Origin: Cirrosporium novae-zelandiae
Taxonomy: Eukaryota
Reading direction: 5' to 3'
DNA length: 64,000 bases
NCBI GenBank assembly: GCA_026023565.1
Contig: JAPETS010000069.1
Location: 1-64,000 of the forward strand
Part shown: piece after piece, positions 60,763 to 64,000 of the stretch
Layout: the number at the start of each line of letters is the position of its first letter
How positions within the stretch are numbered: position 1 is the stretch's first letter
Notes under the pieces: model-generated
Told to the model about the DNA's origin: nothing
What the model saw: only the letters and a program-made list of their open reading frames with translations
Database searches by the model: none
Translations under genes and position numbers: made by a program

Positions 60763-61591
60763 ATTTATTATGATGATTATTATGAGGAAGAGGAGGGGGG
60801 GAGGGGTTTGTTTGCTACTCAGATATTGAATTGGATGCAGCCTTTTTTGTTTGATTCGCTCGTTTATTTCCTTGTTTGTTTACTTGGTCTTGGGTTGGGT
60901 GTTTAGAATGGATGAATGGACGGAGGTGTGTCGGTGGGCGGATTTAACCTATTTCTTCTCATCACACCTCGATTCACTCTGGTCTGGTTCTGGTTCTGGT
61001 TCTGGTTCTCGGGGGGCTAGCTGGAGCTTTTTTTGAAAAAAAAATAACCCCCCCCCCCCAATCTATGATCTTGGATCTGGCGTCATGAAATTTTATATCA
61101 ACTTAGCCGAGCTTACTTGTTTGTTTGTTTATGTATGGCGATGGCATTATCACAGATAGGAATAGGAATAGGGAATAGGGATGAGATGTTTGCATGATGA
61201 GGATGTGGATGTGGTATGAGGAATGGTATTTTTTTTCTTCACATGTTTTATGCAGATGTGGGGTTTTTTTCAGGGGGGGGGAGGGGGATAGTGGGTCTAT
61301 AACAGCCTGATTTAATTTTTGATCTAAACAAACCTCCTCCGCCCCAAGGTAAGAAAATAGATGCATCTAATATTCCATTACGAAGTAAGATAAAGAAAAG
61401 AAAAAAATGACCAAGGAGGGAAAATGACAAGGAATGTAGTTGTTTACTAAAGGGAAAGAATTGTTAGGATGAATAAGTTTTGTATAAGGGGTATATATAT
61501 AAATATATATAATTTCTTTACTTGGACATCTATGTGCAAATAACGTATGTAAGGGTGGTATGTGATATGTAATATATATAAAACATTATTC

Positions 61592-64000
61592 CTATCCTCC
61601 AGCAGCGGGACTAGGCGGTACGCTCCCCCCAGCCGTCCAATTCCCAGCCGTCTCCCCCAGCACAAACTCCATCGTCCCGCCGTGCTCAAACACGTCCCCC
61701 CAGGAAACCCACGCTCGATCCCAGCTCTTCTTATTCACCTTCAACTCCTGCACGTAATAATTAGTCGCGGGATCCCCGCCGCCGCCCTCGGCGGTGATGT
61801 TAAGATATTTCCCCTCCTGGCCAAGATTGATAGAGAGAGATTCGAACCAGGGAGAGCCAATCAGGAAGATTGTCTGGGACGTGAGAGGGTACAGGCCGAG
61901 CATGTTCCAGAGGAGCCAGGATTGCATTGCGCCGGCGTCGGAGTTCCCGGGGAGGCCGGAGGGCGTGGGGCTGTAGTAGGAGGTTGCGATTTTGCGGGCA
62001 TGGTGGACGGCGAGATCGTAGCGGTTGGAGAAGATGAAGAGGTAAGGGGATGTGAAGGAAGGTTCGTTGCCCGGGTTGAAGATTGTGTAGTTGAAGGTGG
62101 AGGAGCCGGAGGGGTTTAGGTTTGGGACGAAGAGGGTGAGGAGTTTGGACGTGAAGGTTGCGGGGCCGCCCGAGAGTGCTATTAGCGTTGATATGTCGTG
62201 GTGTGGGGAGAAGGAGTATTCCCACGGCAGTGCTTCGTAGTAGGCTGAGGACCAGTAGCAATCTCCGCAGGAGAGTGGGTCTTGGGATATGTCAAAGGTG
62301 CCGTTGGCGTAGCGCGGGACGAGGAAGCCTGAGAAGTTTAGAGATGTGGTCATGGGGTTCCAGTGGTTGCGCCAGTTGCGGGAGCGGTTTAGGTATTTGG
62401 TTGCGTCGGTGGATTTGTTGAGGCCGGAGGCTACTTGGAAGAGCGCGAAGTCGTTCAGGGCGTATTCGGCAGCGCGGGAAACGGAACGAGAATAGCTTGG
62501 GGTGATGTAACCGTATTTTAGCCAGTCTGGAAGTGCGCCGCGGCCCTCTTTGGTGCTGGAGTCTGGAGCCATGGGGTCGGGGGGGTTAGTGTTTTTGGGT
62601 GTCACTTCGGCGTCTTTGACCATGGCTGCGTAGCCGTCTTCCCAATTCACAGCACCGCGAACGCCCTTGATGTAAGCGTCCGCGAGGACATTGTCGCCGT
62701 TCGATCCGCCTTGGGTGCGGCCGTTGTAGAGGGAGGATCGGGCATCTGGGAGATAGCCTTCGTGGCGCCAGATGTCGATGAGGGAACGTATTTGCTCTTC
62801 GTAAGCAGTGGGTTGGAGGATCTGCCATAAGGGAGTGGTGCAACGGAAGAGGTCCCAGAACGTGAAGATGTCGTCGTAGTAAGGTTCAGAGGACGACCAG
62901 AGGGGGTTTTCGCCTGTTTTGTTGGTGGGAATGATAAACATGCCGTAGAGACTCGTGTACAGAAGCTGGAGATTTGTCACGTTTGTTTCGGTTGTTGTGA
63001 CTTTACTTAGGACGTTCTCGTTCCATATTTGCTTTGTTTCGCTGACGAGAGTACTTAATGACGAATTTGCGATTTCGGTATCGATGTAGTGGCAGGCCTT
63101 AGCAGAAGACATAAATGAAACCCCGACGCGCGAGGTTAGTGATTGTGTAGAGAACGAATAAACGGCTCCAACTTTTATGCTTTGCGAAGAGGAGAAGCTT
63201 GAATTGGTAGCGCCGTATGAAGACAATGCCTCACCAGTCCCCGAAAATACTTTTATACTAGAGGCTGGTTTGTCAAATCTTCCGCAGAAATAGATTGTCC
63301 AATCAGGAGCTACACGTAATTCAAGTCAGTTGGGTTTACTTTCAAATATATCGAAAGAAGGATTTACCTCTGTTCCATCCATTGTTATAAGTTCCACTGC
63401 CCTCATAGTGGTCATCAGAAGCGATTGTTATGTTTCCTCCTACAAGCAAAGAATGTCTAGCGTTAGCTTTTAAGCATCTATGAGAATCAGTTGGGATCAT
63501 ACCGGTATAATTCTGACCCAGACCTTGTCCTCTGAAACTTGGTAGAACATGACTAATATCAACTAATACATTGGAGGTAGTTCCACTTGGAAAGGAATAT
63601 TCAAACAAGGCAGAATGATCGCTAGCGGCAAGCTCTATCCCTACTCCCGAACTGAGCCGTAACTTATAGTAGCCAACTTTTGCTTCATCGGCTTCAGCAC
63701 GAGGTATTCCAGAAATGGTCAAGGGATTGCTAATATTTCCAATAAGGGGCAACTGGGAGACTACCCCATACTTTGGAGCACCTCCAGTTCCAGATTCATG
63801 CGTGAGAGAGACTCCCGTCACATTTCCAGTAGGGAGATAACCGGAATAAGCATCTGAACCGGTATAAAGATCAGGGCCAAGCTTTACAACACCATAAGGT
63901 CTAGTTACTCCAGGGAACATGTTCCCAGAGCCTTTTGTGCCAACACTGTAGTACCCATATCAGCTTCAAGAAAAATACGGTCGTTCAAAGGACTAGTCTG
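61592..64000 (-). CDS. GH92 alpha-1,2-mannosidase (5' end lies beyond the window); multi-exon
   Basis: GNMFPGV..PYGVVKLGPD, HESGTGGAPKYG, WDLFR, GRTQGGSN, YYEALPWEYSF, NPGNEPSF, LPGNSDAGAMQSW. Confidence 0.93.

Overview
Gene-dense, intron-containing DNA from a filamentous ascomycete (Pezizomycotina; GT..CTAAC..AG introns of about 45-150 nt). The first ~3.2 kb is a decayed Ty3/Gypsy chromovirus: an integrase-chromodomain fragment, a PPT, a 253-bp LTR, an inverted copy of that LTR, and a separate solo LTR with a 5-bp TSD. The genes that follow are a pepsin-fold protein with degenerate catalytic motifs, a SulP/STAS transporter, a multi-KH RNA-binding protein, a large disordered protein, a pyrimidine 5'-nucleotidase, an Egt2-like lyase, PRS1, the head-to-head class VII/class V myosin-motor chitin synthases, a bacterial-like flavoprotein disulfide reductase, an AKR, a Zn2Cys6 TF, an NRPS-like A-T-R reductase, a MacroD protein, GlnRS, the P5A ATPase Spf1, a Gtt3-like membrane protein and a partial GH92. 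Highlights: (1) a hidden three-exon antisense gene inside the retrotransposon, encoding a variant Cys6 zinc cluster and an acidic tail, which the ORF track shows only in pieces; (2) an AKR/TF/carboxylic-acid-reductase cluster whose promoters share repeated CGGAAA sites; (3) recurrent C-rich to G-rich skew switches independent of gene orientation; (4) an intron that splits the SPF1 start codon. All calls were made by eye and no database searches were run.
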